Positions 24,959 to 39,075 of a DNA stretch of 64,000 nt are shown piece by piece. The stretch spans positions 51,961 through 115,960 of the forward strand of contig ADNK01000532.1 in NCBI GenBank assembly GCA_000320545.1, given 5' to 3'. This DNA is from Bigelowiella natans CCMP2755 (Eukaryota; Protista; Cercozoa). The translations under genes and the position numbers were made by a program. The notes under the pieces were generated by a model. The model worked only from the letters and a program-made list of their open reading frames with translations, did no database searches and was not told where the DNA came from. Each line of letters starts with the position of its first letter. The stretch's first letter is position 1.

Positions 24959-26617
24959 ATGCTTTGTGGCTTGCCCCTCTCCAAAAGCAAGATAGCCTTG
25001 CTGAAGGATCGTGGCTTCGAAACTCGAAAAGAGATCGCAGAGATTTCTCCGTCTGCACTCGCAAAAGGTTTGAAGCTTTGTGTGGGCCCACGAGATGTGC
25101 TGTTTTTGTCTTTCAACAAGATCGAATTTTGTCAGCAGTTTGTGATAGTTGATACTATCCTCCCATAGAGCTTCAGATACCCCCCGAAGAGGCTCTCAAA
25201 ATTTGGAAGACTGCAAAGTATGGGGATGACTGCGATGAAAAGTCAATCGTGACCTTAAGCTCGAGCAGCTCCAATTCTGGAGTCTCTGCCCTTGACCTTC
25301 TAGCAAAGAAAGTCAAACTTCGTCCGATCTTCTCCCTGTGTAGAGAACTTGATCAAATGCTAGGCAATGGAATCCCAATGGGGGAGATCACTGAATTTTG
25401 TAAGAACAACTCGTTCACATGGGAGAGTGCAGGAGAACAAAACTGAATTGCTTTTTATACACAGGCGGGGTTCCTGGAGCGGGCAAAACACAACTTGGGT
25501 GGCTAATCAAGCTATAATCTTTATGCTTATGAACTAAAGGATCTGTGGAAAAAGTCGATATTGAATCAAATCAATTTCAGGATGCAACTTTCATGCACTG
25601 TCCAGATTCCAAAACTCCTCGGCGGTACAGGCGGACAAGCTGTCTACATAGGTAATTCCAGATTGTGACTGAAAAAAACCATATTCTTCAAATTTACCTT
25701 ACCAACAACTTAACAGATACAGAAGGAAGTTTCATCGCACGCCGAGCAAAGCAGATTGCTGAAGGAGTCAACAGACACCTGGTCCATATTGCGTCATCAT
25801 CTTCAGAACCAAAGGTAGACAACGCTAAATATAAACCAGCCCAACTTATCTGATCTTTCCGTATTTAGTTCGTCGAAGCAGCACGGACTCTTACTGTGGA
25901 GAAGATGCTTAAAAATATTTTTTGTTTTCGGGCGTACGATCATAACGAGCAGATCATATGCGTGGAAGTCCTGGAGGAGTTTATAAAGAAACACCCACGC
26001 GTAGGAGATTCGTTTGACCATTTTGTCTTTAAAAGTGACTCAATAAATTTTCTTTTATTAGGTGAAGTTAATAGTAATGGACTCGGTTGCTTTCCATTTT
26101 CGATACGGTTTTTCGGAAAAGTACCAACTCCGGAATATGTTGTTGAAGAAGATGGAGCACATCCTTCAGCATTTAGCTCAGAAGCACAATTTGGCGGTCA
26201 GTATATTCCTCAGATACACAGTATGAATGAATCCTTGCTTATAAATCTTGATCGCACAGGTTGTTCTTATGAACCAAGTGACGACGCGAATAAAATCAAA
26301 TATAGCTGACATTGTTCCTGCATTAGGTATGTTAAAGAATTGTAAAATGTCCATTCCTCTAATGTATTTCCCCCGTAGGGCCCACGTGGGCGCACGCATG
26401 CACAAATCGAATCATGTTCGAAGTGAAAAACGATTCAAGATATGCGATATTAGTCAAAAGTTCGAGTCACAAAGCAAAGACAATAGAGTACATAGTCAAT
26501 GCTGATGGGATACGAGACGTATGTATCGTTGGAAACGTTTCAAATAGAAGCTCTGCAAGGAGCGAGTCGCCGTCGTCACTTGCACGGAAAAAACGTAGAA
26601 CTGATGAATACAGGTAG
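24959..26617 (+). CDS. RAD51C: RAD51 paralog C
   Basis: Walker A GGVPGAGKTQL, RAD51C-typical [29 protein letters not shown], Walker B VKLIVMDSVAFHFR, and VPALGPTWAHACTNR. Confidence 0.92.
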
Positions 26618-26749
26618 CAATAAGTGCAATGAATTATGTTGGATGTCTCTCCTGCAAACGTCATCAATAGCTATGAGTGACAGCTCCTTCAGAATATGAA
26701 AAGGATCTCATTTTTTTGTGAAGAAAAAAATGTACCACCTCTTACGCTG

Positions 26750-27600
26750 TAGATGTGAGTACACAGCTTAGCGTAAAGCAAGAGTGCGCTTTTATGTTCA
26801 TTTGTGCAGACCATTGTGAGCGCGTGATGAGTAGCCCTGAGCCCTGAGTTGCGTGTGGCATGCACGTCTAGATGTGTGACAGGCCTAGAGGCCATCTAGC
26901 CATGAACACAGCTTGCATGCAAGCTTCGATTCTAGGATCTCTAATCTAGCAATACGCATGTACAGCTCCAAAATCCAAGCCAAGTAGTTGAACGCTGTAG
27001 CAACATCGCATCATTCGCGGCTCATCTGCGGTACCACACAGTCGCACGTGACATGATTGACACAGTCGTTCTAGCGCTGCTGCATGCGGCAACATTATAC
27101 AGATTGGAGAACACTAGAACAATGCATGAGCGCTTGCACGCATACGGCGTGACTCTGCCACACTAGCTAGCTAGCACAGCTCATTCTAGAATTGTGCCAA
27201 TGCTTGCGTTAGTCATGATACTAGCATGTACAAATGTCTACATCGTGCTAATGAAACCTCGTTGCACCGCCACGCACAGTCGTGGATCGCTGAGTCGCGA
27301 AAGGTTCAAGCTCCACCATGCCTCTAGCTAGCTAACCTGTTTAGCTACGCTACATGCAGAGAGACCTTTGTTACGCTTCTTCGTAATGGCTACAGCCATG
27401 TCATGTAGTGCGACTGCATGCAGCATGGAGCGAGTAGGCGATCGATGTGATTCTTGCTTGCATATGCGCTTGTGGAAAGCCGTTACTACAGCTATAGATT
27501 GCTGCGATGTCCTGCTCGCCCTCTATGTAGCACGTAGCTGGTCAATACATGTTTGTGTGTGTGTGTGTGTATGTGTGTGTGCTCCATCCGTGCACTGCAC
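26750..27600. other. CTAG/CATG-rich convergent intergenic tract
   Basis: GCTAGCTAGC, TCTAGA and GCATGC clusters between the RAD51C and PHD-gene 3' ends. Confidence 0.7.
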
Positions 27601-27853
27601 GACCACACCTCTTTCCTCCTACTACTAATGCGTGAAATACACGATTATTTTTATTATACAGTACGATTCCTACTTGTGAACTGTTCAGCGCATAATATAA
27701 CGCAACTACAAGAGTACTAGAGTATCATGAGACCCCCTGCTGTAAAAATTTTGTCATCGGTGAAAGAGCTGTACCCTTCCCTCTTCTTGACCTAAGATAG
27801 AGAATATCATACCTGTTAAAAGATTGTTCCAATTCATAACCAAGCAGATCGCT

Positions 27854-30800
27854 TTACCTTCGCCTACTTTTAGGCGTCGCTGTGACAGAGTTTGCCTCCG
27901 GACTACCCAGCTCATTGGTATGAGCATCGGGGGTCTTCCCTTTCCTCGTATCTGGTGACTTCAATCGCATGCTCCGTCTGCGATCGTTACCACTGTTGTT
28001 GTTGTCCCCTTGCACGCGTGCTTTCCGAGCGCTACGTCTCCTTCTGGGCGTGTTCGTGAGCTGCTGCTGCTGTTGAGCACCGCTTCCAGTGTCTTCCGAG
28101 GAATCCATGGCAGCAGCACTCTCATCTCCCGCCTTCTTGTTTTTCAGCTCAGAAGGTGTGTGGTTTATCATCGCTTGATCGCGTGCTTGGAGTGGAAGCC
28201 GCCCTTTCCTCGATGACCGCCTCAATACCCCCTCCTTGTCCTCTTGCGCTATTGTCTGTGCTGCTGCTGCCGCAGCTGCGTCACGGTCCTTCTTGACCTC
28301 TTCGGGGTGAGTGGTCCCTTCTCGCTGTCCTTGCCCCTTGGAAGTGGCACTTCCTCTTTGCTCTCGTGACGATGCGCAGTCATTGCTTGAGCTGTTCTTG
28401 GAAGCAACACTCCCCCGCGTAGGAGTCTGAAATCCAGTATGTGGTGAGACGCCATGGTTATCATTGCTGCTGTGCCGTATTTTCCTGGGCCTCCCTCTTT
28501 TTCTTTTCGGGGGATGCGTATCAGCACTGCTGCGTTGCCCTGTCGTCTTTACCTTTCCTTCACCCCCCTCCTTCCGCTGCTCCTGCAACGCTTCCGCGAA
28601 ACTCTCTCGTCCTTTTCTTCCTGCACCCCTTTCTCTCTTAGTCGTCGCGTCTTCCTTCGTTTCTCCGACACCCTGGTTCTTCTGTCGCGAACTGCGTCGG
28701 AGCTGCTGGTCATTATTGGCTGCTTGATCCACACCATCAGCTCTGCTGCTGTTGCTGCTGTACTCTTCCTCCGCCATCTTTCCGGCACCTATCTGTGGTG
28801 GAGATGCTGCCCCCCTCCTCAACCTGGTTCTCCGCATCTTTATAATGGAACCACTACTGGTGCTGCTACGGGTTGCGGCTGCTCTCTTCCCACTCGGCTG
28901 TTCCATAAAATCATCAGCATCTGCCTCATCATCCACAGCTGCTATCGATAGTGGAGGTGGCCTCCTGCGCTTTCGGACCCCCCTTTTTTTCCCTGCTGCT
29001 GTAGTACCAATGGGCTCCGAGGCCAGAGCAACCAATGTCGAACGTCCTGCCCTGCGAGCTGACTCGATGGCAGCCTTGGTATCATCTGTGGGGACCACCA
29101 GCTTTACCTTGAGGTTGGCACGTTGGCCGCTCCCACTTTTGCTCCAGTTCCCTGAGCCGACACTACCACCACCGCCACCTATCCTTCCTCCTCCTCCTCC
29201 TCCTCCTCCTCCTCCTCCTCCTCCTCCACGCTTGTAGAATCTAGCCGCTCGCAAGGCCCGCTCGAGGTCAGGTGTTACACAGATTTGAATTCGATCCCCA
29301 ACGATGCTTACAAGGGGGCCTGGGTCGAGTCTTGGTAGTGCTCGTCTAGTAGTGCTGCTGCTGCTGCTGCTGCTGCTGCTGCGGTGCTGTGGCTGTGGCT
29401 GATGCGGCACACGCTTCCTGAACGATCGGATTTTCAGCTGCCGCATAGTCGTCGTCGCCGTCGTAGTCTTCGCCGCGGGCTTTGATGGCCCCGTGGGGGA
29501 CGGCATGAGGACCTTAAATTTGAGGTCCGCTTTGTTGGGATCAGTGATTTCTTTGGGGCTTACGGGTAGGTTTTGACTGCCCAAGACTGCATTGTCGTCA
29601 CAAATCGGACAGCACCACCTTGTGTCCTTGACCCAGTTGCAGTGCTTTGTGTGAAGCCCGAGGCACGTGATGTGATACCACTCGCCGCATTTATCGCACC
29701 CAATCATGTCGCCCTCGGGGTTGTGGAAGGTGCGGTGCGGCTGACGACAGTAACACCACTCGTCCGGGCCATCGTCCTCCTTCACGATGAAGTCCCTCGT
29801 GCGGCGGTTCTTTTTCGAGGTGATCTGAATCTTCTTGAGCATCCTTTCGTGGTGGAGCTTGGCAGCTGTAGAGACCTTGGTGATGAAGTCGACCGCCTTG
29901 GCCGCCCTCCTCCTGCTAAGCCTTCTCACCCCCCCCCTCCCATCCCTACGGCCGCCGCTGTTCTTCTTTGCCAGAGGCGAGGTCATGTTTTCAGAGGATA
30001 TTTGGCCGTTGATGGCTTGGGCCGGCTTCCAGCTCTTATTATTCAACCCGAGGGCGCTTTGAACGGTTTTGGCGTGGTGCTCCGCTATCGACACATGCCT
30101 GACGGGGTCGTAGCGTTGCAGGTCGCGGGTGAGAATGTAGTTGTAAGGGCCGCTCGTCGTGTCCCTTGCTTTGAGCTTCTCCACGTCCCTCGGGTCCTTC
30201 CAGTTGAAGCTCCACCACCCCTTTCCGCCGTACAGGACGGGGTGAAAGGTGTGGTGCTTGGGACAGAGGGCGCCGAAGATGAGCATTTGGGCGGGCTTTG
30301 TGGAGGAGGTCGGCTCGAAGGAGTAGCCCTGCCCATGCTGCTTGACCCATGCTGCTGCGGCAGCGTGCTCACCCCCCTCCCCACCAACTGAGTTACTACT
30401 ACTACTGCTGCTACTGTCGCTCTCCCCGTCGTCGCCGTCCCGCCGCCACTTAATGCGTAGCCAACCCTGGAAGCACGCGTACACGATCATGCTCGCGTTC
30501 TTCACGTTCAGATCGCCCATGACTGGCGAGTCTTCCCGCGGGCGTTCATGCACCTTGACGTTGACCTCGCCGCCGCTCATCTGCTCGTCAGTGCGGATCT
30601 GGTAGGAGGTCGGCTGGGTTGCCGCGAAGATGCGGAGCAGGCCGCTTCTGCGCGCGCACTCCGGGTGGAACGAGTACTCGCAGCCTTTGATAGAGCACTG
30701 CGTGGTCGCCCCCATCTGATTCCGCCGCATCGCGAGCTCCGAGGGGTCCTCCGCGAGGCACTGCTTTTGGCACAACTGGCACCAAGGATGGCGTCGGGCT

Positions 30801-31178
30801 GGGTAGACCTTGTTCACGGCGCAATGGGAAAGTGCCCGAGGCCGCTCGAAGACGGTCTCAGTGATCCATAGTGCGCAGGAGAGGTGTACCTACAGAAGCA
30901 GGGGGGGATGGTGGTGGTGGTGGTGGAGGAGGAGGAGGAGGAGGAGGAGAAGAAGGATGATGGCTCAGGAATTAATCATCACCCATGCGCTCGCGTGCAT
31001 GATGAGTCCGCTTACGCGAACACGTTCTAAGAACATTTGCTGCCAATACTGCTCATATTGCTACTTGCTTCTATCCATCCATCTCACCAACCACCATCTC
31101 TTCACCTAAAACCTCTCGCTAATTTCCATGGATCACCATCTTTCATGGGGTGTGGTGTTGTTCGTTGGTCACACAACA

Positions 31179-31213
<35 letters not shown>

Positions 31214-32522
31214 CAACTTCTTACCCATCCTCCGTTGGTCGTAGCCTTGCACGGGCTCGGCCTGGGATGTGTCCGGTGGCAAAGGGAGCACGCCACTTGC
31301 CGTGGTGGGGGCATGTCCTTCAGAAAAGCCAGAGCGCCGGGATTCTTGGCGTCCAAGAAGCCGTTGGAATCGACCAGCAGGCTGTCCTTGAACTCCTTGC
31401 TCTCCAGCAATCTTCGTCGTGTTTTCTCCAGTAGCTCAATGGGCGACGGCATGGGAGGAGTAGGAGCAGTGGCAGCTGGGTTGCGCCTCGTCATAGTCCG
31501 TCTACCACCACCACCACCATCACCACCACCACTACTCGCTGCCGCCGCGGCGTCAGTGAGAAGGCCTTTGTAAGGTCTTCCCTCTGCTGCAAGAAGGGCG
31601 GCTGCTTCTATGTTATTCTCCTCCAAGATGTTCAGCTGGCCTTCCGGGAGGCGGGCTTGCCTCCCCCATTTCAACAGGCGTGTGGGGGTCCACCGTTTCG
31701 GGTCGGACGGTCGGCAAACCTCGCACAACCACGTCGCCTTAGCGTCAGTCTGTACTCGAGCGCCTCCCTCTCCGGTTCTCTCGCCGCAGCAGCCATAGCA
31801 GCCTTGATGGACGGAGATCCTGCACGAAGCGCAGTGAAGAAGCTGGTTGCCTTCCCAGCTGTGAGAAATCCCACACATCTGACAACAGCTCTTTGGGGTA
31901 TCAGCATTAGCGGCAACCTCCTCCTCGAGTTCTGCCAGCGGGGCTTCAGGTTCTTCTTCCTCCTCCTCCTCCTCCTCCTCCTCCTCCTCCTCCACCACCT
32001 CCTCCTCTTCTGTAAAACCATCGTCGCTCCTACCCCCGTCCACGACGCCTTCTAGCTCCTCTTCGGACTCTTCATCGCTGCTATCGTCTCTTCCTTTCTT
32101 ACGAGCCACCTTTCTCTTCGTCCCCCTCTTCCTCATTATCCTCCTGTACTTCTCCCTCGGCTTGTGGGACGACGATTTGGAATCAACGAAGTCATCGAAG
32201 TCATCGTCGTCATCATCGTCATCGTTGTCCTCCTCCATGAAATCGTCAGAATCCGCCTTTCGCTCGTCGTGAGAATCGTCCTCGTCGTCTTCTTCGCTAA
32301 GGTATGATATGTCACTGCTGTCCTGCTCATCGTCGTCGTCATCATCGTCGTCAAATGCGCCACCACCAAGTCCGGAACCTAGTAGTAGTAGTAGCAGCAG
32401 CAGCAGGGGAAGAGGAGTAAAGTGACGATATCAACAAACTATGGTGACGGTCTATACAACGTCGTGCTCCGGTCTTTCGTTAGACTTCGATCGCGCACCT
32501 CTCTTCCCTCTCCCCCCCCCCA

Positions 32523-32572
<50 letters not shown>

Positions 32573-34039
32573 GTGACCTGAGGTGGATTTGAGTTTGCCT
32601 ACGAACGCCCCCTCGATATTCCTGCGCATCTTTCGCTTCGGGGGGGGGGGGAGGGTGATGCATCCGGGTTCCCGGTAGTAAGCGTATATCCGATATCGTC
32701 GCCTCCTTGTCCGGTGTTTCTCGCAGTACACAAGCCACGGATTGTCCTTCCTCTTCTCATTGATTTCCATCTGCACCCCACGTTCTCTCGCGCACTGGGG
32801 GTGGAACGCCTTGAGGCAGTTCTGGTAGGAGCACTGCACGCAGGCCCCCCGCTTAAACTCCTCCTTCAGGGACGGCAGCTCCTTCGCCTTGTCGTACCCC
32901 ACGATGGCGCAGCCCCCCTTGACCCTCTTGGCCTTGATCTTCGTCACGAAGGGCTGGATGGTGAGGTGCTCCTCGTCGCAGAAGTAGCACTTGAGCTTGC
33001 GCCGGTCCTCGATGATCCGCTCGACCCCCATGATCGGCTCCATCTTCCTGTCGTTCTTGATGTAGAGCTCCGGGATGAACAGCGCGCAGACCACGTGCGC
33101 CCATCGCCCGTCGGCCGTCGGCTTCAGCGCCCCGTTGGGGTTGCCGCACACGCAGCAGCTGACCCCAAAGGCGTGGAGCTCACACCTCCTGCAGAACCAC
33201 TCCTTCGAGGGTATCTTCGGCACGCCGTAGCACTTCTGGTGCACGGCCACGTTGCAGCAGTCGCAGAGGATGATCTCGTCGTTCTTCCGCCCATCCCCGT
33301 CGCCACAAACGGAACAGATGATCTCCGACTCTTCCTCCTCCTCAGCGCTCTTCCGCACCTTCTTGTGGAGGGTGAGAGACTCCCTGAAGATCTTCTCGCG
33401 CAGGCACGCATCGTAACGCTCCAGGATTTCCTTCTCCTCGCGCGCTTTTTGCGGGTTCTCGTGGCGCATCTGCGTATCGACGGAGTTGCGTAGCCTGGTG
33501 ATCCTCTCGACATTCTCCTTGAACAGGACTCGGAGGCGCATCCGCAAGCTCTTCAACCTGTACATGTTACGCCTGAGCCTACTTGGGAGAGGGCTGCTTC
33601 TAGGAATAGTGGTAGTAATTGTAGTGGTAGCAGTGGTAGTAGCGGATGGGTGTGAGACAGTGGTGGCGTGATTGATTCTCGATGATGAAGACGATAAAGG
33701 AATTGCGGAGGACACCACGAGATGTTTCCGTGCAGGATCAACAGCAGTAGCTGCTGCGGTAGTAGCAGTAGTACTAGTAGTGGTGGTGGTGGTGGTGGTG
33801 GTGGTAGTGGTAGCTGGGAAAGCGAATGCATGTGTCATGAGTTTCGAGGAGCTCAGATTCTTAACGGACAACGACGATGCAGACGGGTGCGTTTTTTTTG
33901 TGATTGTAGTAGTACCAGCGGCAGGTGCGATGGCCGCTGCCGCCAGTTTTCCATGCTGTTCCGACGAGGGGGGGGATGCGGACGTTGATGTCTGTTTATG
34001 TTCTATATGAGCTGCTGCTGCTGCTGATGCTGCTGCCAC

Positions 34040-34073
<34 letters not shown>

Positions 34074-37000
34074 AGACCATTGCCCATTGCGGCAGAGATA
34101 TCTGCCGAAGATCTCGGAGCAAGACTTGGAGTAATATTAGGTCTAGTTGTGGTAGGCGCAGCTGTTGCTGTACTTGTCGCAGCAGCAGCGTTAGTTGTCG
34201 CCGCGGATGAATGATGCATTTTGGGTGATGCGGGATGGGCATTGCCATTAGGGTGTTGATGCTGCTGCTGCTGCTGGAATGACGTATTATTCGAGACCGG
34301 TGGTGACGGTTTGAGTGCAGACAGACGATGCCCTTTTATCTCAGGAACGGTTGGAGCAGCAGTAACTTTATGATCTTTCCGCTGCTGGTCAGGCTGAAGG
34401 GAGGGGGTGCTGGCACCACCTTGATGTAAGATGCCGGCGCTATGAGATCCTTGCGGATGCTTCTCTTTGCGTTCAAGTTGGGGGCTAGTTTTTACTACAT
34501 TGTCAGTTGCTGTCCGTGCTCCACCTGGGAGCTGAGAAGGAGCTACAATTGCGTTCCTGCTGGGAAGTGGGGATTTAAACTGGTGGTTTTGAGTCGTGTG
34601 GTGATTCTGAAAACGTGGAAGGACACTCTTATGCCATTCAGTCTTTTTCATGGAAGGCTGATGTGGGGACGGAAGATAAGAAGCAACCGTATTTGTTGGC
34701 CTTGCAGATTGCTGACCTGCTTTAGATTTCACTGGTACCGTTGCAGATGTTTGGCTATGGGGGTGGGCAGGTCGTGGTAACGACTGGTCATCCTGCATTC
34801 GTTGCTGTAATGGTGACATCGTCCCCTGTGGCGGCTGTGAGTTGCTGTATGGTTGTGTTGCTCCATGCACACCTGCTTGCTGCTGCTGCCTAGCAGACGG
34901 CGGCATTAATGATGAGCTGAGGTGTTGTGTTGGATTGGTAGTGGTAATGATGGGGAGCGACCCCGGTTGCTGCTGTCGGGGTGTCTTAGGCGTGTTGAGT
35001 GCGGGCTGCATGGAGAGCGACCCCCCCTGTTGTTTTTGTTGTTGTTGTTGTTGTGACTGCTGGTGGTGTTTCGTCATCGATGATTGCGCCAGATGTTGAT
35101 GCTGCCGTGTCTGCGCTGCTGTACGATCAGGTCCAGATCCCTTCGCAATTCTAGCATTGGCTGTCGCGGTCAAAGACGACTGGGGTGCTGGCGTTTGCCC
35201 GTCCTCTGGCGAAGGCAGCAGCCTTTTCTGTTTCTTGTCTTCCTTCCGCGATTTAGCCTTGGATTTCCGCTTGCCCGAGCGCTTAGCCGAGGGGAAGAGG
35301 ACGTCAAATCCTTCATCAATAGTCCGATCGCATTGCCTACGCAGCCATGTCACCTGGTCCTGGGTTGGTGTCTCGAAGTGAGTAGCCTCCAGATAGCCCC
35401 AAAACTCCTCTCTGGTGTGCACGGCTGTTCCATCCCACAGGTGGATGCTCGTGCCTGGGATGTAAGCTTTGCCTTTTCTCTCCGACCGCCCACCTGCTTG
35501 CAGCGCGCCGATATCTTCAGATCTGCTATTTCTGCTGCTGTTCTTCTTCTTGCCGTCCGTATCTTTCTTCGTCTTTGTCGCCGCTCCCTTGGCCAATCGC
35601 CCACCTCGTTTGCCCGTTTTATGAACCGCTGGTTCAGCCTTACTGCCGCCATTCTTCCTCATCATATCTATCTTGATAGTGTGTTTTTTGGAGTGCTGCT
35701 CCTTCTTCGAAGTTTCCTTTTTCGTCGTTTCTTTCTTGTCATCCTCGTCGGGAGGGGTGAAATAGGAAGGTTGCTGTCGTCTCCTTTTTGGACGGGATAT
35801 GTTGTCATGGACGGAGCAAAACTGCATGCGAGGGGCTGCTTCCGAGTTGCCGTTGCTGTAGTGAGCAGTATTATCACCCTCACGAAAAGTCAGCCCCGCT
35901 CTTTTCCCACAACTAACGTGGAACGAAGTGTTGCAATCTTTATGTGAGCAAGTGACGCACGCGTTTGATTCGCCTGTGAACAAGAAGATATCGGCTCTAG
36001 TCAGCATTCTCTTGTCGAAAACAAAGATAGCACACAAAGTTCGTTAATAATTTCTTGCATTGCGATCCATCGTGAGTGACCTTTTTTCTTGCAAATTGAG
36101 CACGTCAGATTTTGCCGCCACTGTGGCAATCTTTCCATACCGAGAACCTGCATCATAAATAATGTTCAGAGCTGATTCTGCAACACGCGCTTCGATCGAG
36201 ACGGACGAACCTTGCCACTGTCACTTAAAGATAGCTCGGGTATCCAATGAGCGCATGAGCTGTGAATCCACTTCTTTCCATTCCACTTATTTCTAATTTC
36301 TGTGGAGGACAGCTCTGCGTCCACTTCGGATGTCGCACGTATTCTATCTGCAGGAACCCACTCGTCTTTTTCGTCTTGAGTAGTTCCCCGTATGAGGTAC
36401 TCATTGGTCTCTGCCATCTTCACTTCCAGCACCCAGCCGTTTCGCCAATCTCCAGTGCGGCCTAGAACCTCAACCAGGTGGCCTTTGGGAATGAGTTTTT
36501 TCTTGCCTAAAACTTCCTCCGGCTTTTCGTTCTTTTCTAACACTTCGTTGAAAGCTCCTTGCTTGACTGGACAAACCAGACAGTAAGGCTTTAAGCTTGC
36601 TTCCAGTATTCTCCGTGCTGTGTTCGGGGTGTCTTGTGTGGACCCCTTCTCCACTTCTTCTACCTTATCCTTAATACTTGCCGATGTGGCTGTCTCATTG
36701 CTACTGCTACTACTACCACCAGCATCATCCCCTGTCGCTCCCACAGGACTACGTAACCGCTTTGTCTTGTAACGATCAAGAAGCTCTTCACTATATTCAC
36801 ATGGTCTACAGGTGAAATGGACAAGTTCCATGTCGCAGCTCTTTCCCCCGTAGCAGACCTAATCAAGACGATAATAATCGTCACTCACAATTTTAGCTTT
36901 CACAAGAGGCGATACTTACCCTGTGAACTCCCGTTCCACAGCCAGTGCAGGTACTTATTGGTTTTCCTTTCATCGGCGGAAGTCCACACACGTCGCAGTT

Positions 37001-37183
37001 TATATCCGCAAATTTGTGGGTGATCATATTCCTTTTCTCCTTCTCCCGAGATGCTACTCGCGGAAGCACCTTCACTTCATCTTTCGCTTTCTGGTCCTGT
37101 ATACTATTGCTCCCTGCAATTTTACTCTTAATTGATCCTCCACTTTTCTGGGGATGGGAATTATCTCCCCCCTCCTCTACCAT
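27854..37183 (-). CDS. Very large chromatin reader: 3 PHD-Zn-knuckle-ePHD (PZP, BRPF/JADE/AF10-like) modules + C-terminal PHD + AT-hook
   Basis: Exons ~37183-36920, 36840-36210, 36148-36079, 35973-32579, 32378-31224 and 30890-27854. Canonical PZP ICSVC..CDCCNVAVHQKCYGV..WFCRRC..GALKPT..WAHVVCALFIPE..KAFHPQCA..YCEKH. PHD WCYCRQ..MIGCDKCGEWYHITC..WCCPIC. AT-hook KRKRGRPRK. Confidence 0.9.
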
Positions 37184-38394
37184 CTTGCAAGATGCTCTAT
37201 TCGGAACTTCGCCTTTCTGTCAGGAGTGAACCTGGAAGACAGTGGGTTCGCCTTCGAATCAATACAGTATCTATAGACATACTATCTATTTATTCGCAAA
37301 ATATCCGCAAGTTCCCAACGTGTAACTTCTATCGCCAAGTTTATTCAAACAGATTAGAAAAATTGGACACGCGAAAAAATGTGCAGGCACATTGCAATTT
37401 TGTACACACCACAGGAATTGAGTCGTGCAGGCCACTTGAAGACTTCCCTGCTGATACACGCTCTAGCATACGTATTTTCAGGAAATGTAGTGTTCCAGTG
37501 GCAGGGAGGGTTCGGTGATAAGGGTTACTGGGTAAAAGGTGAACAGGCTAGCCGCCATTCCCGATACGGTCTCCCTCCACGTTCTGATTAGTGCGACAAT
37601 AGAGAATGTTTTCAGACATTGTCGTTCGAAGGATTAACTCTAATTTCCATGTATTTTATGGTGACGTCATAATCTTAATCATGACGTATTGATCATTCTT
37701 CTTCAATATTTTACCAACTAGCATATTTACTGCATCCAACGCTCTGAAACTGCTTTCAGAACGCGCGCAAAATGATTCGCAATTACGATGCCAAAAATCG
37801 AATGACATACTTTGGTGCGACAACCGAGTCAGTGGGAAGATATCCTGAAGTAGACTCTTCCTTCACAACAAACAACCTCAAATTTGTCTCGCATCCGAAT
37901 ATCAGGATGATCTCTGGAGACTTAAAGAGAGCGATGTACGGCTTGTTGGCTCTTTTCATTGAACGATGTCGCAGCAACCGGATTCGACTGGAAAGAACTC
38001 AATGGAACTCGAAAAAAAAAAACGACCCGTCGGGAAACGGACATTCTTGTTGGTGGAAGTCAGCAACAATTTCTCGAGAATTCCCACGAATCAAAAGTTT
38101 ATTTCCCTTATAATGAAAGGTAATTTTGAGAAAAGAGAGAGGCATTTCGAAAGAAAATCGCCTTCCGGTAACTTGGCATTGACGTAGGGAACACTCCCTA
38201 TATTTTTAATCCTAGACAACAAAGAATCTATGTCGTAGTGAAGAGGTTGTAAACTTCCGAGCTCGGGGAAGAAGCCTTTTTGCTTGGAAATTGTCAGTAA
38301 TGCTGAAAAGCACACAGCTCAGAGAGGATAGGGTTACCCGCGGAAAACAGCAGCTCGGTTCCACAGGAGCCTTTACATTCTACCAGACAGATTT

Positions 38395-39075
38395 ATGGAC
38401 TTTTCACCCTATTATTATGATTCAAGACCAAGCTTCAACCATGTGAGTGAAACTTGGAATTACAATGGCCACTATGAAGGTGGTGGATACTCGTATATGC
38501 ATAAGAAAAGAGACCAATCTGGAATGGATGCGGGTTCCCATAGCAGGACAATGACGTCAGAGTACCGACATCGGAGCATACAGAGTAAGTACACAATACC
38601 TAGAAACCAAGGAGCCATAAAAAATTGTACACATTGCGGTGGCTTTCTTTTCGGCGCGGTTGGTGGGCCTGCGCGACATTCGTGCAAAGCTCCAAGTCCA
38701 AAACCAACGGACTTCTTCCGATCGCTATTCAACAAACAAACCCGTCAACAAATAAAGATGGAGACTACCACACCACCACCAACTCCTAAACCAACTAAAT
38801 ATCGGGATATATTGCGCCCAAAGTCGCCATCTGTACTCAGAATCAAAGACAGGTCGTATTATTCACCGTACGTGACACATTGGGATAAGATCAGAATTTC
38901 TACCAGCAAAGATATGCAGAAAAATCAAGTGCTTCACGAACAGCATCGAACTCAGAGCTGGTCGAGTGCTGAAAAACAGGGACATACAAAGCGTCCTCAA
39001 CGATCACGAAAAGGTGTTCGTTCGAAATCTGCGAGGGTCTTGCTGGCTAATAGCTTTCAGACGCTCAATCGCTAG
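38395..39075 (+). CDS. Hypothetical protein (226 aa, intronless)
   Basis: Long ATG-initiated ORF with one CTHC motif; no family recognised. Confidence 0.5.
   Translation: MDFSPYYYDSRPSFNHVSETWNYNGHYEGGGYSYMHKKRDQSGMDAGSHSRTMTSEYRHRSIQSKYTIPRNQGAIKNCTHCGGFLFGAVGGPARHSCKAPSPKPTDFFRSLFNKQTRQQIKMETTTPPPTPKPTKYRDILRPKSPSVLRIKDRSYYSPYVTHWDKIRISTSKDMQKNQVLHEQHRTQSWSSAEKQGHTKRPQRSRKGVRSKSARVLLANSFQTLNR

Noticed and set aside
29573-33493. Long plus-strand ORFs of 272 and 259 aa
   Set aside because: Antisense shadows of high-GC3 exons of the PHD gene.
37772-38315. Short ORFs in the divergent gap between the PHD gene and ORF 38395
   Set aside because: No recognisable domain and no consistent splice chain.
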